From: Ministeria vibrans ATCC 50519
Taxonomy: Eukaryota > Protista > Filasterea
Length of the DNA stretch: 43,335 bases
Assembly (NCBI GenBank): GCA_943704425.1
Contig: CALSCP010002232.1
Location: 1-43,335 of the forward strand
Direction: 5' to 3'
Under the pieces are notes generated by a model. It was not told the DNA's origin and did not search any database. It worked only from the letters and a program-made list of their open reading frames with translations. Positions 33,953 to 43,335 of the stretch are shown one piece after another. The translations under genes were made by a program, and so were the position numbers. Each line of letters begins with the position of its first letter. Positions within the stretch are counted from its first letter, which is position 1.

Positions 33953-34792
33953 CTACACTTTGACGTCGGGCTTCTTGCGACACCCGTCGGCGGACTTGTG
34001 CAAAGAAAAGTCAATCTTTTGATGATCGACACTGCAGTAACAAGCCCATTTGCAGCGCGAGCACTTGTTTGACGCTGGCTGGTCGCACACGACGCACCGA
34101 TTCGTGCCAATAAGAAGTTTGAGAGCGCGCCGGTCTTGGGGGTTTTGGTTGCGAAACGTGGCCAGGGACGACAAGAGGAAGGTGCCGTAGGCGCTGTACA
34201 CTTTGCCAATGTGTCGGTCGCGCGGAAAGGTCGCCTGTCCGCAAATGTCACTGAAATATTCGGTGAGGCCCAGTGGGCCGGGCCGCCCCGCCTCATCGTA
34301 GGTACCGCGGCCGTACGGGAAAATGGCCATAAACACAGATGCTTCGTATCTGGGGAGAGGACACGACCAATCAAAACAATATAATTGTGATATTGTTATT
34401 TACCCTTCAATGAGAAACGCAGCGACTGTACGCACTTGAACATCTTCAAAAGAGTCGGTGGGCTGAAAGAGACGGCCGCCCTGGGCAATGACGGCGGCGC
34501 GCATCGCGGGCCAGCGGGCGGGCGTGATGGGTGCGATGCGGCCCTGGTCGGCGTCGTTGCCGCCCACGTACACCTCCCGCAGACGCTCCATTGAATGCGG
34601 CAGAGTCTTGATATCCTTGCCCATGCGTCCCGTGGGTGCCACGTAGAGTGTCGCGTCCGCGTCGCAGTACCTGCTGGTGCGTTAGTCGGCTCTCAAGTGC
34701 GCTCACTCTCGTTTCTACCAGAACGCAATGGCATCGATCGACAGCGACACCAGAAGGAGCTCAGGCAGCGTAGCGTCCGCGAAATAGTCCAT
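33953..34792 (-). CDS. MYND zinc-finger protein containing a Helitron-like FxxIFPYGxG..R..EYF block, 3 exons (start uncertain)
   Basis: MYND: CVVCDQPASNKCSRCKWACYCSVDHQKIDFSLHKSADGC. Exon 2/3 junction gives VAAFLIEG|YEASVFMAIFPYGRGTYDEAGRPGPLGLTEYFSDI. Confidence 0.85.
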
Positions 34793-34922
34793 CTCCACGG
34801 ACAACGTGTGTACCAGCTAGATAACCGTGTGAACGCAAAGCAGGAATGCACAAAGACTGAAATCACTGAATTGTGGAAAGTTCATAATCAGATAAAACTG
34901 CTTTTTACGCATTTTTATTGAT

Positions 34923-37853
34923 ATGCTCGTCTCCATTGGTCTCTTCGTCATGCTCGCTTCATTTGATTGGGCGAGTGTACCGACGATGGCGCAGACTTCG
35001 TCGACGACAAGCACTGTCGCTGCCGAAGCAGCGTCTCCCACCGCAACGGCGCTGCCAACGTTAACGGTGGGTGTGTGCGACTCGTCGCCATGTAGCAACG
35101 GCGGAAGCTGCGTCGCCTCGGCAGACTCGTTCGCATGCGTGTGCACTGCGGGCTTTACGGGAGCAACGTGCCACATGGACATCGACGAGTGTGCGTCGTC
35201 GCCGTGCGAGAATGGAGGGACATGCAGCGAAGGGTTCATGGCGAACTTTTTTGAGTGCGCTTGTGTTGTGGCGTTCACTGGAGAGCGGTGTCACCTGCAG
35301 AACGACTGTCCGTCTTCACCCTGTACCAATGGAGGGTCGTGTACGCCGACAACCACCGGCTTTTCCTGTGAATGTCCCGCTGGTTTTTTCGGTGACATTT
35401 GCCAAAGTGACACTGATGAGTGTGCCTCGTCGCCATGTCAGAATGGCGCCTCTTGCTCCGAGGGCGCCATGGTGAGCTTTTTCGAGTGCTCCTGTGCACC
35501 GGGCTTTATAGGCGTGCACTGTGAACTCGTAGACCTGTGTATCTCGTCGCCATGCAGCAACGGCGCGACATGCGAGACAACCAATTCTACTGCGGGCACA
35601 AAGTACGAATGCACCTGCCCCGCTGGGTTCACGTCCGCATTGTGCGAAGTGGACATTGACGAGTGCACATCGTCGCCCTGCTCGAACGGTGGCACCTGCC
35701 AAGAATCCAGCATGGCCAACGCGTTCGAATGCACCTGCCCCGCGGGGTTCACGTCCGCATTGTGCGACGTGGACATTGACGAGTGCACATCGTCGCCCTG
35801 CTCGAACGGTGGCACCTGCCAAGAATCCAGCATGGCCAACGCGTTTGAGTGCACCTGCCCTGCTGGGTTCACGTCTGCATTGTGCGACGAGGACATTGAC
35901 GAGTGCACATCGTCGCCCTGCTTGAACGGTGGTACCTGTAGTGAAGGCTCAATGCAGGGCTTTTTTGAGTGTCAATGTGTTGTGGGCTGGAGCGGTACCA
36001 CCTGCAGCTCGTTTGACGCGTCACCGACACCCACCTTCCCCATTGATTTCACCAATGTGCCCGACGTGCCCACCATTTCCGAAGATCTTGTGGAAGTCGA
36101 GCTTGCCTCATGTACCTGCGACCTGACGGTGGGCAGTTGCAACATCAACTGCTGCTGCGATGCAGACTGCTCCCCAGCCGACATTGCTCTTTTTGCCGTA
36201 TGCCAGGCACCCCTTGCCCCCGTTGGCCAAGACACCCTCTGCGTTGCCGAATCATCTGTGTACCGCATCAACGACGATGGTTTGCTTACCGTGACTCGCA
36301 TCAACAGTGCCGATGGCTCTACTCTGCTATGTCTTTCGCGCGACAACAATCGCGGTCGTTTCTTCTTCCCGTCCGTCCCACTGGCCACAACCAACGCTCA
36401 ATTTGACGCCCTGCTTTCCCTCTACAACTACACACCCACAACATCAACAACATCAACAGCGTCACGAAGAGAAGCAGCATCTTCAAGTGAGGCCGGAAAT
36501 ACTTATAGAAGGACCATCACTCGTCGATCGACCACCACGACGTCGTATGTGTCGTATGTGTATGCCCAGTCGCTACCCGTGCTCTTCACCTCGAGCTCAT
36601 CAACCGTGTTGTGGCGTCTGCCCGCCGCCAGTCCCACCTCATCGCTGTGCTCCGGTCACTCAGGGGTCCCCGTCCAATTTGGTGTGGATGTGGACGCAAG
36701 CGAGTGTGTCGTGCAGTCTGCAACGTGTGCGCCAAATTCAGCCCTCGACGCAACCCTATTCACCACCGGCATTACATTGAGTTGTGACGGCACAGATACT
36801 TTTCTGAATAATAACGACACGTGTCATGTGGATCTCACGACGGACCCCTCCGTGTGGGTGTGCCGTGACCCAATAACCGGCGTCCAGAGCCAGTGTGGCT
36901 TCTTAGTGCGACCCACCTTCGATTCGGCGTCGTCCCTCTGTCGTAATGTGCTCGAGTCCGTTTCCTACACCGTCCACTACAATGCGTCGACGGGACAAAT
37001 CACGTCAGCAGCAGCCAACGCTGTCGTGCTCACGCAAGTCTCTGCCTCCTCTTTCAATTCATTCATGGCAACCCAACGTTTCTCCGTTACTTTTGTTGCA
37101 CTGACGTCGTCGACTGATCAGGTCACCGTCACGAGTCCACCTCGCTCAGGGAACCCTGGTTACCTTCGTGGCCTGCCGGTGCTCGCCGGTACACGAGTCA
37201 CCGACGGAGCACTCAGCGCCATTGCCCTAAGCACCGACCCCAACGAATGGCTCACGCTGGCGCACTGTCCCACACCTGCAACTGCAACGCCCGCCACTGC
37301 ACAACATTACTCTGTGGTTTTTGGTGTGGACGCTTTGCTGGGGTGCACTCTGGCACTGGACGTTGCCGATACGGCCAGCGACACCGCCTGCGACACACTT
37401 CAGTTGCGCACCGAGGCACTACTGCTGGGTGCATCTGGCAATGTCAATGTGACGCACCTGGGTCGCTTTGGCAACAGCAGTTACGAGGCCATTGGAGACT
37501 GGGTGGCGCTCGTCGACGACGGAGTGAGCGCCGAGCGAGGCACGCCACAGTCTGAGGCAGGCACGTGTCCCTCGGTGCTGACGGGAGTAGCCGTGGACAT
37601 TGCCATTGCGCGCGCAGGCTCTCTCGCCAATCCACAATGGCAGATTGTCGGTGCGCGTCTGCGCCACACCGTCTCCGCCGTTGCCGTCGCCCACGCTTGC
37701 CCCCACCCGTCCGCCCTCTGTCCCTCAACAACACCCCTCACCCTGCGCTCCACCGTCTCCTTCATTGATGTCTCTCCTGCGCCTTCCCCTACCTTTGCCC
37801 AGTCTCCTCGTGCCGTCCCAAAGTTTCCACAAGACTTTTTCTATCCATTTTAA
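34923..37853 (+). CDS. TCTN1: Tectonic (ciliary transition-zone protein) fused to 8 N-terminal Notch-like EGF repeats, single exon
   Basis: Signal peptide; 8 EGF repeats (four with DIDEC and one with DTDEC Ca-binding type); tectonic signatures CTCDLTVGSCNINCCCDADCS, RSGNPGYLRGLPVLAG, GSLANPQWQIVG and PKFPQDFFYPF. Paralog number (TCTN1/2/3) is uncertain. Confidence 0.88.
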   Translation: MLVSIGLFVMLASFDWASVPTMAQTSSTTSTVAAEAASPTATALPTLTVGVCDSSPCSNGGSCVASADSFACVCTAGFTGATCHMDIDECASSPCENGGTCSEGFMANFFECACVVAFTGERCHLQNDCPSSPCTNGGSCTPTTTGFSCECPAGFFGDICQSDTDECASSPCQNGASCSEGAMVSFFECSCAPGFIGVHCELVDLCISSPCSNGATCETTNSTAGTKYECTCPAGFTSALCEVDIDECTSSPCSNGGTCQESSMANAFECTCPAGFTSALCDVDIDECTSSPCSNGGTCQESSMANAFECTCPAGFTSALCDEDIDECTSSPCLNGGTCSEGSMQGFFECQCVVGWSGTTCSSFDASPTPTFPIDFTNVPDVPTISEDLVEVELASCTCDLTVGSCNINCCCDADCSPADIALFAVCQAPLAPVGQDTLCVAESSVYRINDDGLLTVTRINSADGSTLLCLSRDNNRGRFFFPSVPLATTNAQFDALLSLYNYTPTTSTTSTASRREAASSSEAGNTYRRTITRRSTTTTSYVSYVYAQSLPVLFTSSSSTVLWRLPAASPTSSLCSGHSGVPVQFGVDVDASECVVQSATCAPNSALDATLFTTGITLSCDGTDTFLNNNDTCHVDLTTDPSVWVCRDPITGVQSQCGFLVRPTFDSASSLCRNVLESVSYTVHYNASTGQITSAAANAVVLTQVSASSFNSFMATQRFSVTFVALTSSTDQVTVTSPPRSGNPGYLRGLPVLAGTRVTDGALSAIALSTDPNEWLTLAHCPTPATATPATAQHYSVVFGVDALLGCTLALDVADTASDTACDTLQLRTEALLLGASGNVNVTHLGRFGNSSYEAIGDWVALVDDGVSAERGTPQSEAGTCPSVLTGVAVDIAIARAGSLANPQWQIVGARLRHTVSAVAVAHACPHPSALCPSTTPLTLRSTVSFIDVSPAPSPTFAQSPRAVPKFPQDFFYPF
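35608..35940 (+). repeat. 120-bp near-identical tandem duplication of EGF-coding units
   Basis: Lines 35641/35761/35881 and 35701/35821 are almost identical at the DNA level. Confidence 0.93.
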
Positions 37854-37921
37854 GAAGGCAAAGGAAAAAAAAGAACGAAAAATAAAATTTGTACAGTGCA
37901 CAACAAAAACGCTTCAGCATC

Positions 37922-39848
37922 TCAAAGGACAAACTTGGAGACTTCAGTGCGCAAGAGGGCATCGTCAACACTGGCGTGGACGGTTTGCTTGTCGACAACA
38001 ATGGATGTGGCGCGGAGAGCAGGGGCGCGGAAGGAGAGGTCCTCGATGACGCGCTCGAGAATGGTGACGAGGCGACGCGCGCCAATGTCCTCGACACTTG
38101 CATTCACTTCGTATGCAATGCGCGCAATTTCATCGATGGCGTCTGGGGAGAACGCCAGCTGGACGCCCTCCGTGGCAAACAGGGCCACCTGCTGCTCGAT
38201 AAGGTTGCGCGGTTGCTTGAGCAGACGTGCAAGGTCGTTTTGTGAAAGAGGCTGGAGCTTGACGCGGATGGGAAGACGTCCTTGAAGCTCGGGGAGGAGG
38301 TCGCTGGGCTGGCAGAGGGTAAAGGCACCGCTGGCAATGAAGAGAATGTGGTCGGTGCGCACGGGCCCGTACGACGTGTGGACGCGCGTGCCCTCGAGCA
38401 GAGGCAGCAGATGGCGCTGCAACAGAGTGTTGGTCCAGTTGTTGCGGTCGTTGGGCGAATCGCTGCAGATCTTGTCAATCTCCTCGATGAAGACAATGCC
38501 GTCTTCCTCAACCGCCTGCAGCGCCTTGTCGTGCAGCAACTGGGTGGGCACAAGGTCTTTAGGCTGAAGCGAGTCGAGGATCTGGTAGAGAGTAGCAACG
38601 CGAATTGAGAGACGCACGCTCTGGGTGAGGTCGGGCAGCGTGGTGGAGGACGACGCGGGGCTCTCGGGGTCGTCCGTATGAGGGCGCACAACGTCAATGA
38701 CGTGGTTGGCGACGGAGCGCAAAGACGAGCGCAACGACGATGACACAACGACGGGCCACTTGCTGTTGCCGCTAGGGTCGGGCGAGGAAGAGGAGTTGGG
38801 CGAATTGGACGAGGTCGGGGTGGCCGTGGTGGGCGTGGGGGTGAAGGGAGAGACGGAGGAGAAGCGCGAGTGGGTTGAAAAGGAGTGGTCAAAGACATAG
38901 GAGGAGGAGGAGGGTGTGGGCACGAGGGTCTCGGTGTATGGGGCGGCAGCGGCGTCAGAGGCAGGCGGCAACGACACGACGAGACGATGGTCGGCAAAGT
39001 CACCGGAAGCGACGGCCTTGCGCAGCTGTTCATCGGACCGTCCCGCGTCCTGATGGCTGTTGCGCACGTGTTCAATTATGTGTTCCTCGACACCGGCCAT
39101 GAGGCACTGGTGGAGTACGGCGCCGAGTCGTCGGCTCGACTCGAACACGCTCACGTCCATGAGATCTTGAACAATCGAGTCGACGTCACTTGGGTGTGGA
39201 CGCGATTCGGGTGTGCTCTCGCCCGCGTTGAGGTGTCTGGTGTAGTCGCTGTTGTGGGGCACATACGAGCGAGAGCGACCTGACGAGAAGCGTGTCGCTT
39301 CGACCTTGACAAAGGGTGCAGCGGCATTGTCGGCCAGACGTCTAGCAATTTCTGTCTTGCCCACGCCTGTGCCACCAATCATGAGGATATTTTTGGGCAC
39401 GACAGCGTCGCGCATGCGTTTGGGCAGATGATGTCGTCGCCAGCGGTTGCGCAGGGCGACGGCGACAGCGCGCTTTGCGTCGCTCTGGCCCACAATGTCG
39501 CGGTCCAGGTCGTCGACAATGGCCGCGGGTGTGCTCAACCGGTCGAGCGGCATGGGGTCGCCGGGGGTCGTGAGACTCCCCAGCGTCTTGGGAGCCATTT
39601 CACGACTGTATCGAACAAAGACGTTGCGCAGGCGTTCGGCGAAACTGGTGGCATTTGCCTCGTCGAGCGTCTCCCAAAAGTACAGCAGCGGTTTGGCAGG
39701 CGCTTCTGGAGGACTCTCCACCGACGCCGTCTTGCTGCTCTTTGGCGGTGCCCTCGGGCCTGTGGCGCTGCCTGGGGTGGTGTTTGTGTCGGTGTCGGGC
39801 AATGGGCTCGAAGGCGCGGCGGAGGCGTCGTCTACGGAGCGAGGGAGT

Positions 39849-39906
<58 letters not shown>

Positions 39907-40062
39907 ACAAACACGAACGACTCAAAACGGAAAGCGTGTACCGTTCTTCTTTTCAACAAGAAGCCTTCTACGAGAGCCCGGGGTGACCGTTGACGGAGTG
40001 GCGGTGCTCGCGGTCGAGTAAAGAGCTCGAGGGAGTCGCGGAAGAGACTGTCTGAAACTCAT
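37922..40062 (-). CDS. hslU: Mitochondrion-targeted HslU (ClpY) AAA+ ATPase, divergent, 2 exons
   Basis: Presequence MSFRQSLPRLPRALYS; IVGQSDAKRAVAVALRNRWRR; PKNILMIGGTGVGKTEIARRLA; TDHILFIASGAF..PSDLLPELQGRLPIRV; EDIGARRL; C-terminal EVSKFVL. Confidence 0.93.
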
Positions 40063-40295
40063 GGAGAAAAAAAATGAATTATGAAACTCGATTTTTATTT
40101 TTACTATCCAATTCAAATTGTGCCATGAATGTGTGTATGGTCACTGTATGGTCACTAAGGACACTGGATTGACTGATCGGCTTTCACTGTGCGTGATCTC
40201 AAGGTGTTCCAGTTCGACTATCGACTGACGACAACTTATCTTTTTTCACAACAACTTTTGTTTTGATTATTCCCTCAGTTTCTCACTCGACTGTG

Positions 40296-42708
40296 ATGGA
40301 CGCTCCGGAAGACAACATTGAGCTGCCAACGCACAGTGGCTCGCAGACTCTGGCGGAGCAGGAGCTGGAAGTGCTGTCTGCGGCCAATGCAGCGCTGGCG
40401 CGTCCCGACGACCCGCCACTGCTGCCCGGGGAGCGCACCCAGGTGGTTGCGCGCGACGTGACGCACCTGTGTCCCTTCCACGGACCCACCAAGGGCCATC
40501 TGCACGTGTCCACGTGCAAGGTACGCCGCGCCGCGCGACAGAGAGAGCCGACTGAGTCTGGTTCGTTCCGTTGCAGTTGTGCTTTGTGCCGCGCAAAGGC
40601 GACCAGGCGACGGGCTCGGGAGGCATCGTAGAGGTGTATCTGGGGCTGATCAGTCGCATTGAAAAGCTGGGCGGGCAGTCGTCGAAGGGAGAGAACGCTT
40701 ACGGACTGGAGTTGCACTGCAAGGACATGCGATATCTTCGCTTCGGCTTTGTCCCCGAGAACCACTCACGACGACTCGTATACGAACGCCTTCAGCAGTA
40801 TGCCTTCCCCCTTAGCAATGGTCTCGAGTTGTTTGCTTTCACGGCGCGTCTCGGCGACTGTGGTGGTACCGAAGACGGCTGGACACTGTTCGACGCGACT
40901 CGCGAGTTCAACAGACAAGTACGTGAGACGTGCAGCAGCGGAAGTGTTCTCATATAAGAATGTCAATAGGGACTGCCCGACAAGCGATGGCGTGTCAGCC
41001 GTGCCAACCATGACTACCAACTGTGTGACTCCTACCCTCCGCTGATTGTAGTGCCTGCAGACATCACCGACGACGACCTACGCAGCGTCTCCAGTTTCAG
41101 AAGGTATCGTGTTGCATTCTTGAAACAATTATTGTGTTGCTGGACATCGAGCCATAAAACATTATCATATGTTTATGTAGTCGGGGACGTCTTCCAGCGC
41201 TGTCGTTTATCCATCCTGAGAACCAGTCGACGATTGTACGGTGCAGTCAGCCGCGCGTAGGGTTGTCGGGCAAGCGCTGTGCTGAGGACGAGCGCGTCAT
41301 CCAGGCCATCATCCAGGCCAACCCCCACAGTGCTCGTTTGGTCATTCTCGATGCCCGTCCGAGGATCAATGCTGTTGCGAATCAGGCAAAGTATGTCTCT
41401 TGTTCGATCCTCACCTCATCAACATTCTCACTCACTCATTTACTTCTTTGTGACTCAACTCATCCTTTCACTCAACGACTCACACATTCGCATTCAATGA
41501 CTCGCACAGTCAATGACTCACTTCCATTTTCTCACTCTTAGAGGTGCTGGGTTTGAGTCCACGTCGTCGTATCCTAATACTGAGCTGACCTTCCTCAACA
41601 TTGCCAACATCCATGTTATGCGCGACTCCCTCCGCAAACTCCAGAACGTTTGCTACCCTGACGTCGACAATGCGCACTATCTCGCGCATCTCGAGAGCTC
41701 GCATTGGCTTGAACACGTCAAACTTGTACGACTGGAGTATAGTAGTGTATGAATCTATTAAAAAATGCAACTGGGGTCTGTGGGTTTCTTTAGGTTCTGA
41801 CGGGTGCTCTGCGAATGGTGGATCTGATTGAGCGGGAGGCGACTAGTGTGTTGCTGCACTGCAGTGACGGGTGGGATCGCACGTCACAGCTGTCGTCGCT
41901 TGCCATGATCATGCTTGACCCCTTCTACCGCACAATTCGCGGCTTTGAGGTTGGTATCTCTCTGTGACGTCTCATCACTTTTGTCACTTGATCCTGTGTT
42001 TTTTTTTTTTTTTTTTTTTTTTCTCCTTCTGACTCTGCCTTGTCGTCTGGTTTTCTGCTCAGATTCTGATTGAGAAGGAATGGCTGTCGTTTGGGCACAA
42101 GTTTTCGCAGCGACTGGGTCACGGCGATCGCAATCACTCGGACGAGCAGCGGTCGCCCATCTTCATCCAGTTCCTCGACTGTGTCTTCCAGTGTGCCCAA
42201 CAGTACCCTTGCTCCTTTGAATTCAACGACGCCTTCCTCATTGCCATTGCGGACCACGCCTACTCCTGTCTCTTTGGCACCTTCCTCTGCAACACCGATG
42301 CCGAGCGTACCCGTGCCCAACTGCGCGACAAGACGACCAGTCTGTGGACCTACCTCAACGCAAACGAACGCGAGTTCCGCAACCCTCTCTACTGCCACCG
42401 CGACGACCAACAGCAGGTCATCACGCCCGTCGCCAGCATCCGCCGCCTCTCCCTCTGGACCTCCTACTACGTCCGCTGGAACCCCCGCATGCAGCCTCAG
42501 GAGAGCATCCACGAACGCTGCTGCGAAATGGTCGACGCCATGGACCGCATGCAAGCTGGTACTGGACCACACACCAAGCTCACTAAGCCCACAGTGTATG
42601 GTATTTCCCTCTCTCATATGTGATTTATTCTCTCTAGACATTGAGCGCCTCGAGAAGAGCATTCGGGAGACGGAGCAAGGCGCACATCTGCTTGAGTCGG
42701 CGCTGTAG
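40296..42708 (+). CDS. MTMR2: Myotubularin-family PI3P/PI(3,5)P2 phosphatase (MTM1/MTMR1/MTMR2-like), catalytically intact, ~8 exons
   Basis: PH-GRAM ([13 protein letters not shown]); CDSYP; RGRLPALS; [16 protein letters not shown]; [14 protein letters not shown]; [14 protein letters not shown]; [12 protein letters not shown]; [12 protein letters not shown]; coiled-coil tail. Confidence 0.93.
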
Positions 42709-42773
42709 CCAATGCAAAAATGTGAAAATGCGCATGCTGACTCATTCCAAAGCATTACACTTCACTTTCACTT

Positions 42774-43252
42774 TTACACTGTATCGTCGTGGAATATCCA
42801 TCGAGAGTCACGAGGTGACTTGGTTCCAAAACGAACGTGACGGTCGTTGTCCGGCGGGCGCTACACGTGAGAGATCAGTCTGATCAAGGGAGTTTCTTCG
42901 ATACCTTCTTCTCGGTCGCAGACGAGAGCATACTCACAAGACTCAGACAGATGGACTCGATGCAGAGGGCAGGAGACCAGCCATCATACAGGATGTTCAA
43001 GCAGATATGGCCGTTGGTGTAGATGTGCTCGTGATGGGGCGGGTTGCCGGTGAAGACCACTTCAGGGCACTGCAGAGGGAATTTAGCGTTCAGTGAGCGT
43101 TCCAAGTTGACAAGTTGATCGTGTGCCGCTTCAGAAGCCCATCTCAGCAGAACCACGCCCCCCCCCCCCCCCCCTACCTCAAAGGGATACTTGCTTGAAA
43201 ACCGAAGTCGCAGAGTAAACGTCTCGCCCGCATACAGCGTTCCCTCTGCGCC
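42774..43252 (-). CDS. UBE2W: Ubiquitin-conjugating enzyme E2 W (partial; 5' exons lie beyond the window)
   Basis: GAEGTLYAGETFTLRLRFSSKYPFE|CPEVVF..HEHIYTNGHICLNILYDGWSPAL..SMLSS..|RPPDND..WIFHDDTV. Confidence 0.92.
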
Positions 43253-43301
43253 CTGTAGCGACCAGAAGAGGATGAGTCGATTAATTCTTGGCGAACTTAC
43301 G

Positions 43302-43335
<34 letters not shown>

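Overview
Compact, intron-rich eukaryotic nuclear genome segment, not prokaryotic. It has short GT-AG introns (mostly ~50-100 nt), microsatellite-rich introns, AT-rich intergenic spacers and several N gaps. I reconstructed 21 protein-coding genes by manual splicing: dihydropyrimidinase, a degenerate AAA-ATPase-like protein, FAF1/C1orf131, PPWD1, SNX3, a SAM-RA-PH MRL (RIAM/lamellipodin-like) adaptor, CCDC91, an HMG-box protein, an orphan Zn-finger-like protein, PUS10, a secreted Tos1/GH16-like protein, a GT10 fucosyltransferase, a myristoylated EF-hand 5'-nucleotidase, TRAX, TPX2, a calmodulin/myosin light chain, a Helitron-motif/MYND protein, an EGF-repeat tectonic, HslU, myotubularin and UBE2W. 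Cilium genes, HslU and animal-like CCDC91/MRL together suggest a flagellated unicellular relative of animals; this is inference and the species cannot be named. I found no tRNA, rRNA, CRISPR array or intact transposon. Best leads: a Helitron-derived block fused to a MYND finger, an 8xEGF-tectonic fusion, a probably catalytically altered mitochondrial HslU, an intron-bearing bacterial-type AAA/PD-(D/E)XK-like gene, and a dispersed intronic minisatellite family. Family calls rest on motif recognition from memory, not database searches, and exon boundaries are manual.
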